64,000 bases of DNA from Pseudomonadota bacterium. Lineage in GTDB: Bacteria > Bdellovibrionota > FAC87 > UBA2466. Positions 53,880 through 62,490 of the stretch are shown piece by piece (positions within the stretch are counted from its first letter, which is position 1; each line of letters begins with the position of its first letter). The notes beneath the pieces are model-generated. The model was not told the DNA's origin. It did no database searches and was given only the letters and a program-made list of their open reading frames with translations. The stretch covers positions 21,050-85,049 of the forward strand of contig JAYUGC010000014.1 of the NCBI GenBank assembly GCA_043767805.1. The letters run 5' to 3'. Both the position numbers and the translations under genes were made by a program.

Positions 53880-54212
53880 ATGGCGAAACTCACTCTCAAT
53901 GAAAACGATCTCGTGATCGAGCACCTGAAAGGGAGCGGCCCCGGGGGCCAGAATAAGAACAAGCGGCAAACGGGAATTCGCATTACCCATTTGCCGACGG
54001 GCCTCATCGGCTTTGCCACTGAATGGCGGACTCAATCGGATAATTTGCGCGTTGCGAAGGAGCGTCTCGAGGAACGAATCGCCGCGCATTTCTACCGGCC
54101 CCCCAAGCGGCGGCCCACCAAGAAAACCAAGGGGTCCAAGGAACGCCGCCTCCAAGGAAAGAAGCTGCACAGTGCGGTGAAAAAGGCCCGAAATCCCAAA
54201 GGGTGGGAATAA
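53880..54212 (+). CDS. arfB: Alternative ribosome-rescue factor ArfB (peptidyl-tRNA hydrolase, GGQ domain)
   Basis: GSGPGGQNKNK GGQ motif. C-terminal basic tail RPPKRRPTKKTKGSKERRLQGKKLHSAVKKAR matches E. coli ArfB/YaeJ tail ([28 protein letters not shown]). Confidence 0.75.
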   Translation: MAKLTLNENDLVIEHLKGSGPGGQNKNKRQTGIRITHLPTGLIGFATEWRTQSDNLRVAKERLEERIAAHFYRPPKRRPTKKTKGSKERRLQGKKLHSAVKKARNPKGWE

Positions 54213-54248
54213 TGAAAGCTGCCGCCGAGCGCGGTATAATGAAAAGCG

Positions 54249-54887
54249 ATGAACTCCTTCTTCGGCGTGCTCCAGGGCTCCTACGCATATCTGCTTATTT
54301 TTCAGATCGTGATCGTCACGACCTTGTTGCTCTTTCTTCTCTGGCTCATCGCGAGACGGCTACGGGAGACGGGAGTACCGGAAACCGGGGGTGGCGGTGG
54401 CACCACCGTGGTGCAGGACCAGACCATCGTGAAACTTTCCCGGGAACAGGCTCAAAAGATCGAGGCGCTCGAGCGCCAGGTCGCAGAGCTCGATCAGGGC
54501 AGCGCGAACCTCGTGCAGGCCACCGAAAAGAGCAAGGCCTCCGAGGACAAGGTGAAGTACCTCGAACAAAAGCTACTCGAGTACGAAATCCTGCAAGAAG
54601 AGATCAGCACGCTGAGCGTACTGAAAATCGAGAATGAAAAGCTAAAGGCCCAGGTCATCGAGTTAGGGGCAACGCCGAACTTGAGAGGGGGGTCTTCCCC
54701 GCCCACGCACGCGACCGCGCCGCAAAAGGCTTCGGCTTCGCCGTTGACCAGTGACGCCTCGACGACGGGCTTAAAGCCGTTCGAGGACCTCTCCGACGAT
54801 AAACCGGCTTCTTCCACGGGCGCGCTCGAGCAGAGCGAGATCGACGGATTGATCGCAAAGATCGACTCGTTGTCGTCGAAGAAGTAG
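54249..54887 (+). CDS. Membrane-anchored coiled-coil protein (hypothetical)
   Basis: N-terminal TM helix IFQIVIVTTLLLFLLWLIA, Gly-rich linker, heptad-like coiled coil (EALERQVAELDQ...KLKAQVIEL). TATAAT box 11 nt upstream of the ATG. Confidence 0.5.
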   Translation: MNSFFGVLQGSYAYLLIFQIVIVTTLLLFLLWLIARRLRETGVPETGGGGGTTVVQDQTIVKLSREQAQKIEALERQVAELDQGSANLVQATEKSKASEDKVKYLEQKLLEYEILQEEISTLSVLKIENEKLKAQVIELGATPNLRGGSSPPTHATAPQKASASPLTSDASTTGLKPFEDLSDDKPASSTGALEQSEIDGLIAKIDSLSSKK

Positions 54888-54913
54888 CAGCGCAGCTCCA
54901 ACCGCGCCGAGCG

Positions 54914-55399
54914 CTACCGCTCGGCCGGCTGTTTGTTCATCGTCTTGTCCATCTTCAGAAGATGCTCCATCCGATAGAGCAAGACCTGCTCTTCGATGCC
55001 GTCTGAATAGTACGGCGTCCAGCCCGTATAAAAGTCCTGAAATCTCTCCAAATTCTTCACGACGCGAACCCGGGTCAGCGGCCGTTTGTCGTCGCCCTGA
55101 AGCTTTGCGAAATTAAAATCCATGGAATACCGGTACCGCTCGGGAAGCTCGATTTTCTCGGGATACTGAAACAGCAAATCGTTGTACGGCCCGTTGACGA
55201 CCTCCGTCGTAATGCGGCCCGTATCCTTGTTGCTGAGCTTCAGCGGGTAATCGGCCAAAGCCTTGAGGCTCGACGCCCAAAGCTCGTCGTAAGAACCGTC
55301 GTAAATGCGGGTATGAAACGGCTTGCGCGAAGGCGGCGTGGAACAGCCGGCGAAAACCACCGAAAAAAACAGAACCAAGAAGCCTAATCGAAGGTGCAT
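54914..55399 (-). CDS. Lipoprotein, hypothetical
   Basis: Internal ATG gives MHLRLGFLVLFFSVVFAGCS lipobox. 161 aa. Confidence 0.5.
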   Translation of the reverse strand: MHLRLGFLVLFFSVVFAGCSTPPSRKPFHTRIYDGSYDELWASSLKALADYPLKLSNKDTGRITTEVVNGPYNDLLFQYPEKIELPERYRYSMDFNFAKLQGDDKRPLTRVRVVKNLERFQDFYTGWTPYYSDGIEEQVLLYRMEHLLKMDKTMNKQPAER

Positions 55400-55710
55400 T
55401 ACGGAAAACGGTACCAGAAACCGGTGAAAAAAGGACCAAAGCCGTCGAGAAAACAACCGGCACTTCGTGTCATCCGGTCATGCAATGTGAGAGCGGCTTT
55501 CCGAGGTATTTGCGATCCTTGTTTCGAATTCGACGAAAATAGGGCGCCCAAACCCGCCGTAACCCCGTAAATCGACGATAAACGAACCTAAGAGCAACCT
55601 GCTGAAAATCTCCGAAAACTGAAAAGCCCGCCAAACGAACGCGCCCGCGAGCGTTCGATAAAACCGAGAAATGAGAAAAACCGACCATAAAAACAGGTTC
55701 CGAAGTCCGA

Positions 55711-55750
55711 TTTATTAGTTATAATTTTAGTTATCACTAATAAAAATAGG
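55711..55750. other. AT-rich segment with 8-bp inverted repeat (TTATTAGT...ACTAATAA) and TATAAT box, immediately upstream of the recombinase gene
   Basis: TTTATTAGTTATAATTTTAGTTATCACTAATAAAAATAGG in an otherwise 60% GC region. Confidence 0.5.
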
Positions 55751-55759
55751 CAATAAACG

Positions 55760-57013
55760 ATGGAACACACCTTCTTCAGCCTGAATCGTTTCTTTCGGTT
55801 TTTAGGGTTCGTTTCGCTTTTCGAGCGAGTCGCGTACCGAGTCACGCTCAAGCTGTCGGGCTGGCTACAGCGCAACGCGCAACACCGGTGGCTTTTAATC
55901 GTGGCTTTGCGCGAGGGGCAGTCCACCATGGCTATTTCGCCTTTTATCGGCGAGGCCAACGGTATTAGTGGAGAATCAAAAGGCTCGTATAACTTCGAAT
56001 ACGAGAAGGCATTGAAAACGCCTTTGCAGCTGCAGAGACACACCGACACGTCGCACGAAAATGCGGCGCTCGTTTCTTTGCCGTCCTGGGCGAGAGAGAT
56101 TCAGCCGTTTTTACAGAATCAGTTGAGCGAGCACACGCGTCGGGCTTACGAGACCGACCTGCGTCAGTTCTTTTTGTTCCTGGAAGGCCGTCTCGACCCT
56201 CACAAGCTCGATACTTTGCGGCCCGAGCATCTCATTTTGTTCCGGAAATCCCTCGAGGAGGGGCGGGTGACCGGAAAACCCATGGCGAAGTCCTCCATCA
56301 ATCGAAAGCTCGCCGTGGTGAAGAGCTTTTTGAACTGGCTGCGCTTAAACCGGGTGATTCAGGAGAATCCGGGCCAGCTGGTCAAAGGCTATCCCCAGAC
56401 TCAAGAATCGGGCTTGAACGGGCTCTCCGATCTGGAGGCCCGTCGCATTCTGGATCTTCCCGATCGCCACTCCAAGTCAGGCGCTTTGCACCAAGCCATT
56501 CTCCACGTTCTACTCTATCTTGGGCTTCGCAAGGGCGAGCTCATTGGTTTGAAGGTGGGAGACTGGGATACGGAGCGTGGAACCGCGGTATTCAAGGTGC
56601 GGGGGAAGGGCCATCGCGTTCGCATCTTGCCGCTCACCGCCTCCGTGCGCGCGGCGCTCGATCATTATTTCTGGGTCTGTGGCCGTAGCCACAGCGAGAA
56701 AGAGGCGCCTCTCTTCATGCCGACGAAAAACCCGCGCTCAGGAAAGCTCGAGAAGCCGCTCAATCCGAACTCGATTACCTATCTCGTCGCTCGCTACGCG
56801 AAGAAGGCAGGCGTCTTGAAGAAGGTCTCCCCGCACTCTTGCCGCGCCACCTGCATCTCCAATGCGCTCGACAGGAAAGCCACTCAGCGAAGCGTGCAGC
56901 ATCTGGCGGGATGGTCCACGCCTCTCATGATTCAACGCTACGACAAGCGCCGCGAGGATTTGAAGAACTCCGCCGCCTTCCTCGTCGACTACCAAGAAAC
57001 CCACGCCTCCTAG
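55760..57013 (+). CDS. Tyrosine-type site-specific recombinase/integrase (phage-integrase family)
   Basis: Core-binding domain (TRRAYETDLRQFFLFL). Catalytic domain residues LGLRKGEL (Arg), HSCRATCISNA (H-x-x-R), LAGWSTPLMIQRYDK (catalytic Tyr). Confidence 0.8.
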   Translation: MEHTFFSLNRFFRFLGFVSLFERVAYRVTLKLSGWLQRNAQHRWLLIVALREGQSTMAISPFIGEANGISGESKGSYNFEYEKALKTPLQLQRHTDTSHENAALVSLPSWAREIQPFLQNQLSEHTRRAYETDLRQFFLFLEGRLDPHKLDTLRPEHLILFRKSLEEGRVTGKPMAKSSINRKLAVVKSFLNWLRLNRVIQENPGQLVKGYPQTQESGLNGLSDLEARRILDLPDRHSKSGALHQAILHVLLYLGLRKGELIGLKVGDWDTERGTAVFKVRGKGHRVRILPLTASVRAALDHYFWVCGRSHSEKEAPLFMPTKNPRSGKLEKPLNPNSITYLVARYAKKAGVLKKVSPHSCRATCISNALDRKATQRSVQHLAGWSTPLMIQRYDKRREDLKNSAAFLVDYQETHAS

Positions 57014-57247
57014 GACAGAGTCGTCAAGGCCAGGCTCCGGGCTGTAAAGGCGGCCAGCCCTGGCCCTGAGAAATCCGAGTCCCCAAAGGGACTTAGCGCC
57101 GTGGCTTCCCCCCAATCCCGAGCTGTTCAAGAGCTAAGCGAGAGTTACCTATATATTTCAATAGCTTATGCGTTTGAGCTGGCCGGGCCGTAAGAAGCTT
57201 GGGCATCCGAATAGGCTCTAGGCAGCTGACTTCAGACTGCGCGGTCG

Positions 57248-57263
57248 TGGCACGGAACTGGCT
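57248..57263 (+). promoter_or_regulatory. Candidate sigma-54 promoter upstream of the CXXCH/Calx-beta cluster
   Basis: TGGCACG-GAAC-TGGC: GG and GC correctly spaced. -12 box TGGC vs consensus TTGC. 40 nt upstream of the TTG start, with GGAG RBS in between. Confidence 0.4.
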
Positions 57264-57302
57264 TAACTAATTAGTGCCGTCCTTAGTTTTCGGAGTCTAC
57301 GT

Positions 57303-58523
57303 TTGAATCGCCCTTTATCAGAACGTTTGTTCTTCCTTTTATCGTTCGCGTTGCTCCTTGGCTGGAGCGCGCCGGCGCACGCGCAGGCTCGCGAGCTCGC
57401 TTCCCGCATGTTTCAGCGTCTTACCGGCTACTCGCTTCCTTTGACCGATCCCCGACGAGCTCAAATGGAGGCCGCGATCACGGCTTTGAATTTCACGGGC
57501 GCCGCCGCCATCGCCACGGCCGATCCGAAGTTCATCAATGTAACCGTGCGCCAGTTCGCCGCGCCCATGTCCAATCTCGAAGAAAGCCGCCGCGTGAGGT
57601 TGAACGACTTCATCGCCATGGTGATGGGTTTCACCCGGGACAATCTCGATGCCCGCGCGCTACTCACGGACAATAAGCAATACGTCGTGGACGTCGCCAA
57701 TCCGGAAATTGCCTCCAATACTATTTTAAAACCGTGGGACCCGCTTTTTCCGACCGTTCACTATGTGTCGGTCGATCAGGCAGTCATAGACGTGCAAAGA
57801 TATTTGATCGTGCGCCCTCAAGAGATGGGCGCCACCGACGGCGCGACACCGCCCAACGTCGTCATCACACCGCTCGGCACGAACGCTTCGGGCTTGCTCA
57901 CGAGCCATGCCTGGACCTTGTCCCATCTGGTCGCGGGCACCAATCGCCGCGCCATCTCCTACGCCTTCAGAGAATTTCTCTGCACGCCCATTGAGTCACT
58001 TTCCGATACGTCGGCGCTGGATAACCGGGTTCGAAGAGACGTGGACCGCTCGCCTGGCGGCGTCCCCGCTACTTATCAGAACACCTGCCGGGGCTGTCAT
58101 GCGGGGCTCGATGCTTTGGCGGGCGCATACGCGCATTACGACTACGGCAATCGCCTCGTCGTAACGGCCGCCATTCGCCCAAAATATAGCCAAAACGCTA
58201 CTTTCAGCCCGACCTACATCACCACTGACGATTCCTGGATGAACTTGTGGACGCAGAATCAAAACGCGGCGCTCGGCTGGAGCGCTACCGCGGGTCTCTC
58301 CGGAAACGGAGTAAAGGCCTTGGGCAACATGCTCGCCAATTCGGATGCTTTTGCCAACTGCATGGCGACGCGAGCGTTTCGGGAAGTGTGCGGCGTTCGC
58401 ACCATGACGCCCGCGTTGCAGACGGTAATTACGTCGCTGAAAAATGATTTTAAGACGAACGGCTACAAGTTAAAGCGCCTGTTCGAGCGCACCGCCGCGC
58501 ACGAAAGCTGTTTGGGTAGGTAA
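57303..58523 (+). CDS. Secreted CXXCH-motif protein (planctomycete-type DUF158x-like; family uncertain)
   Basis: TTG start. Signal peptide LFFLLSFALLLGWSAPAHA. Single heme-binding-like motif NTCRGCHAG. 406 aa. Confidence 0.55.
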   Translation: MNRPLSERLFFLLSFALLLGWSAPAHAQARELASRMFQRLTGYSLPLTDPRRAQMEAAITALNFTGAAAIATADPKFINVTVRQFAAPMSNLEESRRVRLNDFIAMVMGFTRDNLDARALLTDNKQYVVDVANPEIASNTILKPWDPLFPTVHYVSVDQAVIDVQRYLIVRPQEMGATDGATPPNVVITPLGTNASGLLTSHAWTLSHLVAGTNRRAISYAFREFLCTPIESLSDTSALDNRVRRDVDRSPGGVPATYQNTCRGCHAGLDALAGAYAHYDYGNRLVVTAAIRPKYSQNATFSPTYITTDDSWMNLWTQNQNAALGWSATAGLSGNGVKALGNMLANSDAFANCMATRAFREVCGVRTMTPALQTVITSLKNDFKTNGYKLKRLFERTAAHESCLGR

Positions 58524-58526
58524 TCG

Positions 58527-61500
58527 ATGAAATCACGTTTGAAACATTTGAATCGATTCTTGCTCGCACTGACCTTGAGCTTCGTCGTGTCCGCTTGCGG
58601 ACTGAAAAACGGCAAAGACGCGACCGATCGAAAGGACGGTTCAGTCACCGGCGGCGGCTCCTTGGCACTCCGCCGAGAGGCCTTCCGGACCACGCTCTAT
58701 CCCATCGTGAAGCGAGACTGCACGGAATGCCACGTAGCCTCGCAAGCGCCGACGTTTGCCGCTTCTGACGTAGGTGTCGCTTTTAACGCCGTTATGCCCA
58801 CGGTGAACTGGGAGAGCCTCTCTTCGTCAAAGCTCGTCGCGAGAAGCACCGACTCTCATTGCGGCCGTCCGAGCTGTGCGACGGATGGCTCGCTCTTTCT
58901 GAGCGCCGTTAAGGCCATGGACGACCAGTGGAAGCAGGGAACGGCCGGCTCGATCTTGGTGAAGTGGGATGCCGCGGTGGATTCCGGCACGGAAGAAGCT
59001 TTGGTCACGACCCGGAAGGAAGCTTCCTTCACGCTTTCGCGCGCGGTCGATCGCGAGCTGACTATTTCGTATCAGGTTTCCGGAACCGCCACGCTCGGCG
59101 TCGATCATGAGCTCGCGGCCACGGGTGAGGTGGTCATTCCGGCTTTGGAAAAGACCGGCAAAATTGCTATCCCCGTGCTCGACGACGCTCTCTTTGAGCC
59201 GGATGAAACGATCGTCCTGAAGCTCCTTCCGGCCGAAGGCATTGAAATTTCCGGTTCCGACACGTTCACGCTCACGGTTCAAAATGACGCCGATCCCGCG
59301 CCGAGCGTACAGTGGAAGCTCACCTCGTCGAGCGTCAACGAAGGCGCGAGCGCGACCCTCGAGGCCGAGCTTAGCGGCGCTTGCAGCGTCGACGTCTCGG
59401 TCCCGGTCACGGTTGCCGTCCCGGCCGGAGTCGCGGCCGCCGACATGCAGTTATCCAATGCTACCCTTCGCATTCCCGCGGGCATGCTCACGGGCTCCGT
59501 TACTCTCTCCCGGGTGCAGAACACTCTGGACGAAGTGGACGCGGTAGTAACGGTCGGTTTAGGAAATCCCACCAACGCCACGCTCGGCGCTAATACCACG
59601 CACTCTTTGACCGTTGCCGACGACGATGCGGCTCCCGCGGTGCAGTGGGCTCTGGCCTCTAGCTCCGTGAACGAGACGGTGGGCATGGCGACTTTTAACG
59701 CGACGTTGAGCGCCGTGAGCACGAAGACCGTCACGGTCTCCTATCAAATCAGTGGTGCCGTGGACGCGGCGCAAAGAGGCTTTTCGAATGGTTCGGTGAC
59801 GATCGCCCCGGGGCAGAGCTCGGGCTCGTTCCAGGTCGCGGTTACCAACGATCTGACTTTCGAAGGCCCCGAATCGATCATTATGACGCTTTCGTCGCCC
59901 GTGAATGCGTCTCTCGGCGCTCGCACGACCCATACCGTAGCGCTCGTCGACGATGAAACGGCGCCTCTCGCCGATTGGTCTCTGACCTCGTCTTCCGCGA
60001 GTGAGTCCGCGGGAACGGTTAATATTACGGCGAGGCTCAGTCGCGCGAGCCAGGCTAACGTCACTCTGAATTATACGGTCGCGGGCACGAGCACGAGCGC
60101 GGACCACGCTCTTGCCGCTGGTTCTTTCACCATTGCGGCGGGAGATACCACCGATATGCTTAGTTTCAATCTGACCAACGACGTTTTGGATGAGACGGAT
60201 GAGACCGTGGTGGTCACGCTCGCTAGTGTTACGGGCGCGTCGCTTGGCACGAACCTGATTCATACCCTTACGATTACGGATGACGATGCCTCTCCGGATT
60301 TGAATTTTGTTTCCGCGGCGCAGACCGTGGGCGAGAACGCCGGCACCGTGACGGCGACCGTCAGTCTCAGCGCGGCTAGTGGAGGAGCGGTAAGCGTTCC
60401 TTATACCGTCTCTGGAACGGCGACCAATCCCGCCGATCACAATCTCGCGGCGGGAACTCTGAGCTTCCCGGCGGGGACGACTTCCAAGACGATCTCTTTC
60501 AGCGTGGCCCAGGATTCCACGCCCGAAGCCGACCAGACGGTGATTATCACGCTCGGTACGCCGACCGCGGCTACGCTCGGCACCGGGCAAGTGCATACCG
60601 TCACGATTACCGAAAACACGCTCATTCCGATCGTGCAGTGGGGCCAGGCCACGCGGACGGTAGCCGAGGGCGTTGGTTCCGTGGTGATCCCGGTAACCTT
60701 GTCTTCTCAGTCTTCGAGCGCCATTACGGTGCCGGTTGCCGTGAGCGGCACGGCGACTGCCGCCGATTTTACTTTGTCGTCGGCGACTCTCTCCGTTCCG
60801 GCCAATTCGGCCACGGGAAGCGTCACCCTCACCGTCACTCAAGATACGATGGATGAGAACGACGAAACGGTCATTCTAACTCTGGGCACTCCCACGAACG
60901 CGTCTCTCGGCGCGACCTCGGTGCAAACGATAACTCTTACCGACGACGATAATGCTCCGAACGTGCACTTCAATGCCGCGACTCAAACCGTGGTGGAAGG
61001 CGCGACCGGCGCGGTTACGGTTACCGCGGCACTTTCCGCGGCGAGCGGCAAGGCGGTTAGCGTGCCCTTCACGGTCAGCGGCACGGCGAGCCGCCCCGGA
61101 GACCACAATCTCGTCAACGGAACCTTTAACTTCGCGGCCGGCGCTACCGCTGCCATGGTCTTGTTCAACCAGGCCGACGACACCATCTTTGAAGGCAATG
61201 AAACGATTATCCTGACTTTGGGCACGGCCACCAATGCGACGGTGAACACGCCGTCGGTCCTTACGCTGACTATTACGGACAATGAAGCCATGCCGGCCGT
61301 GCAATGGGCGATTGCCTCGCAAACGAAGCTGGAAAACGCGGGAACAGTACAGATTGCCGCGAACCTCAATCGCGCGAGCACCGCCGCCATCAGCGTGCCT
61401 TACGTGATTACCGGTACGGCGACGAGCACCGATCACAACTTGGCGGACGGTACCTTGCAGTTTCCCGCGGGCTCGCTTTCTGCGAGCGTCGTGCTCACCC

Positions 61501-62462
61501 TCTTAAACGACACCGTCGACGAGGATGCCGAGACGGTGATTTTGACTTTGGGCGCACCCACGGGCGCCACTAAAGGGGCGACGGTCACCCATACGTTGAC
61601 GATTACCGACGATGATCCTCTACCGGTGGTCACTTTTTCGGCGGCCGCGCAAACGGTGGCCGAGTCTTCGACCGCCACCCTTACGACGAACGTTCGCCTC
61701 AATACGGTGAGCGGCCGTGACGTGACGATTCCCATCGCGGTCAGCGGCTCGGCCTCGCAGCCTAGCGATCATAATTTGACGGTGACCAGCGTCGTCATTC
61801 CGAAGGGCACCTTGAGCGTGCCAATTAGCTTTAGAGTCTTTCAGGACACCGTTTACGAAGGTACGGAGTCGATTGTCATTAAGCTTGGTGCTCCCATGAA
61901 CGCCGCGGCCACTCTCGGAACGCCGGCGGAGCACATTGTCAGCATCGCGGACGACGATGCGCCTCCCGTGCTTCTGGTGGGAGGCAACTTAGCGCTGCAG
62001 TCGTTCAAGCAGTACGAGGAAAAGCTCACCAATCTTTTCGATTCCCCAATCGCGGTCAATAACGGCGTGGTCTACAACGCCGCCCTTCAAGTCGTTTCCG
62101 ATGACGGCGACCCGGGCGAGTTCAGCGATCCGATGGCCTCGGCCTATGTCGCCGCCGCCCACGCTCACTGCCGGGCGTTTGTCGTTGCCGAGGGGGCCCT
62201 GGCGCAAGCCGCCCGCACAATCAACGCGGGCGCGGACTTATCGGTTTACGCCAATAACACGGAAGCGACGAAGCGTACCGTGATTCGCCGGTACGTACAG
62301 GCGCTTTGGACCCGGGACCCGCTAGCGACAGAAGAAACGATCCTGCTCCAACTGATGGACGCGACCGCCGCCACGGTACTGCCCACCGGCAGTCCCTCCT
62401 TTAAGGCACACGTCAGCGTGTGCACGGCCGTCGCCGGAAGTCCCGAAGGAATTCGTAATTGA
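58527..62462 (+). CDS. Giant lipoprotein with N-terminal CXXCH domain, about nine tandem Calx-beta-like repeats and a distinct C-terminal domain
   Basis: Lipobox LSFVVSACG. DCTECHV motif. Nine roughly 110-aa repeats, each ending in an acidic ...T(I/V)TDDD(A/P)P... boundary and containing DE.DETVILTLG...NA.LG, typical of Calx-beta. 1311 aa. Confidence 0.7.
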   Translation: MKSRLKHLNRFLLALTLSFVVSACGLKNGKDATDRKDGSVTGGGSLALRREAFRTTLYPIVKRDCTECHVASQAPTFAASDVGVAFNAVMPTVNWESLSSSKLVARSTDSHCGRPSCATDGSLFLSAVKAMDDQWKQGTAGSILVKWDAAVDSGTEEALVTTRKEASFTLSRAVDRELTISYQVSGTATLGVDHELAATGEVVIPALEKTGKIAIPVLDDALFEPDETIVLKLLPAEGIEISGSDTFTLTVQNDADPAPSVQWKLTSSSVNEGASATLEAELSGACSVDVSVPVTVAVPAGVAAADMQLSNATLRIPAGMLTGSVTLSRVQNTLDEVDAVVTVGLGNPTNATLGANTTHSLTVADDDAAPAVQWALASSSVNETVGMATFNATLSAVSTKTVTVSYQISGAVDAAQRGFSNGSVTIAPGQSSGSFQVAVTNDLTFEGPESIIMTLSSPVNASLGARTTHTVALVDDETAPLADWSLTSSSASESAGTVNITARLSRASQANVTLNYTVAGTSTSADHALAAGSFTIAAGDTTDMLSFNLTNDVLDETDETVVVTLASVTGASLGTNLIHTLTITDDDASPDLNFVSAAQTVGENAGTVTATVSLSAASGGAVSVPYTVSGTATNPADHNLAAGTLSFPAGTTSKTISFSVAQDSTPEADQTVIITLGTPTAATLGTGQVHTVTITENTLIPIVQWGQATRTVAEGVGSVVIPVTLSSQSSSAITVPVAVSGTATAADFTLSSATLSVPANSATGSVTLTVTQDTMDENDETVILTLGTPTNASLGATSVQTITLTDDDNAPNVHFNAATQTVVEGATGAVTVTAALSAASGKAVSVPFTVSGTASRPGDHNLVNGTFNFAAGATAAMVLFNQADDTIFEGNETIILTLGTATNATVNTPSVLTLTITDNEAMPAVQWAIASQTKLENAGTVQIAANLNRASTAAISVPYVITGTATSTDHNLADGTLQFPAGSLSASVVLTLLNDTVDEDAETVILTLGAPTGATKGATVTHTLTITDDDPLPVVTFSAAAQTVAESSTATLTTNVRLNTVSGRDVTIPIAVSGSASQPSDHNLTVTSVVIPKGTLSVPISFRVFQDTVYEGTESIVIKLGAPMNAAATLGTPAEHIVSIADDDAPPVLLVGGNLALQSFKQYEEKLTNLFDSPIAVNNGVVYNAALQVVSDDGDPGEFSDPMASAYVAAAHAHCRAFVVAEGALAQAARTINAGADLSVYANNTEATKRTVIRRYVQALWTRDPLATEETILLQLMDATAATVLPTGSPSFKAHVSVCTAVAGSPEGIRN

Positions 62463-62490
62463 ACGTGAGCCTTCCCGAAAGGGGTAACCC

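Noticed and set aside
53686-53880. Possible tmRNA/tRNA near arfB and the recombinase (TGACGTCA palindrome at about 53800)
   Set aside because: No tRNA-like T-arm (GGTTCGANTCC) or tmRNA tag-reading frame found. The palindrome alone is not informative.
59559-61934. Several 100-430-aa Arg/Gly-rich ORFs on the minus strand (e.g. 59559-60842, 60876-61436)
   Set aside because: They lie antisense within the Calx-beta repeat gene and have the Arg/Gly/Pro-rich composition typical of off-frame translation of GC-rich DNA.
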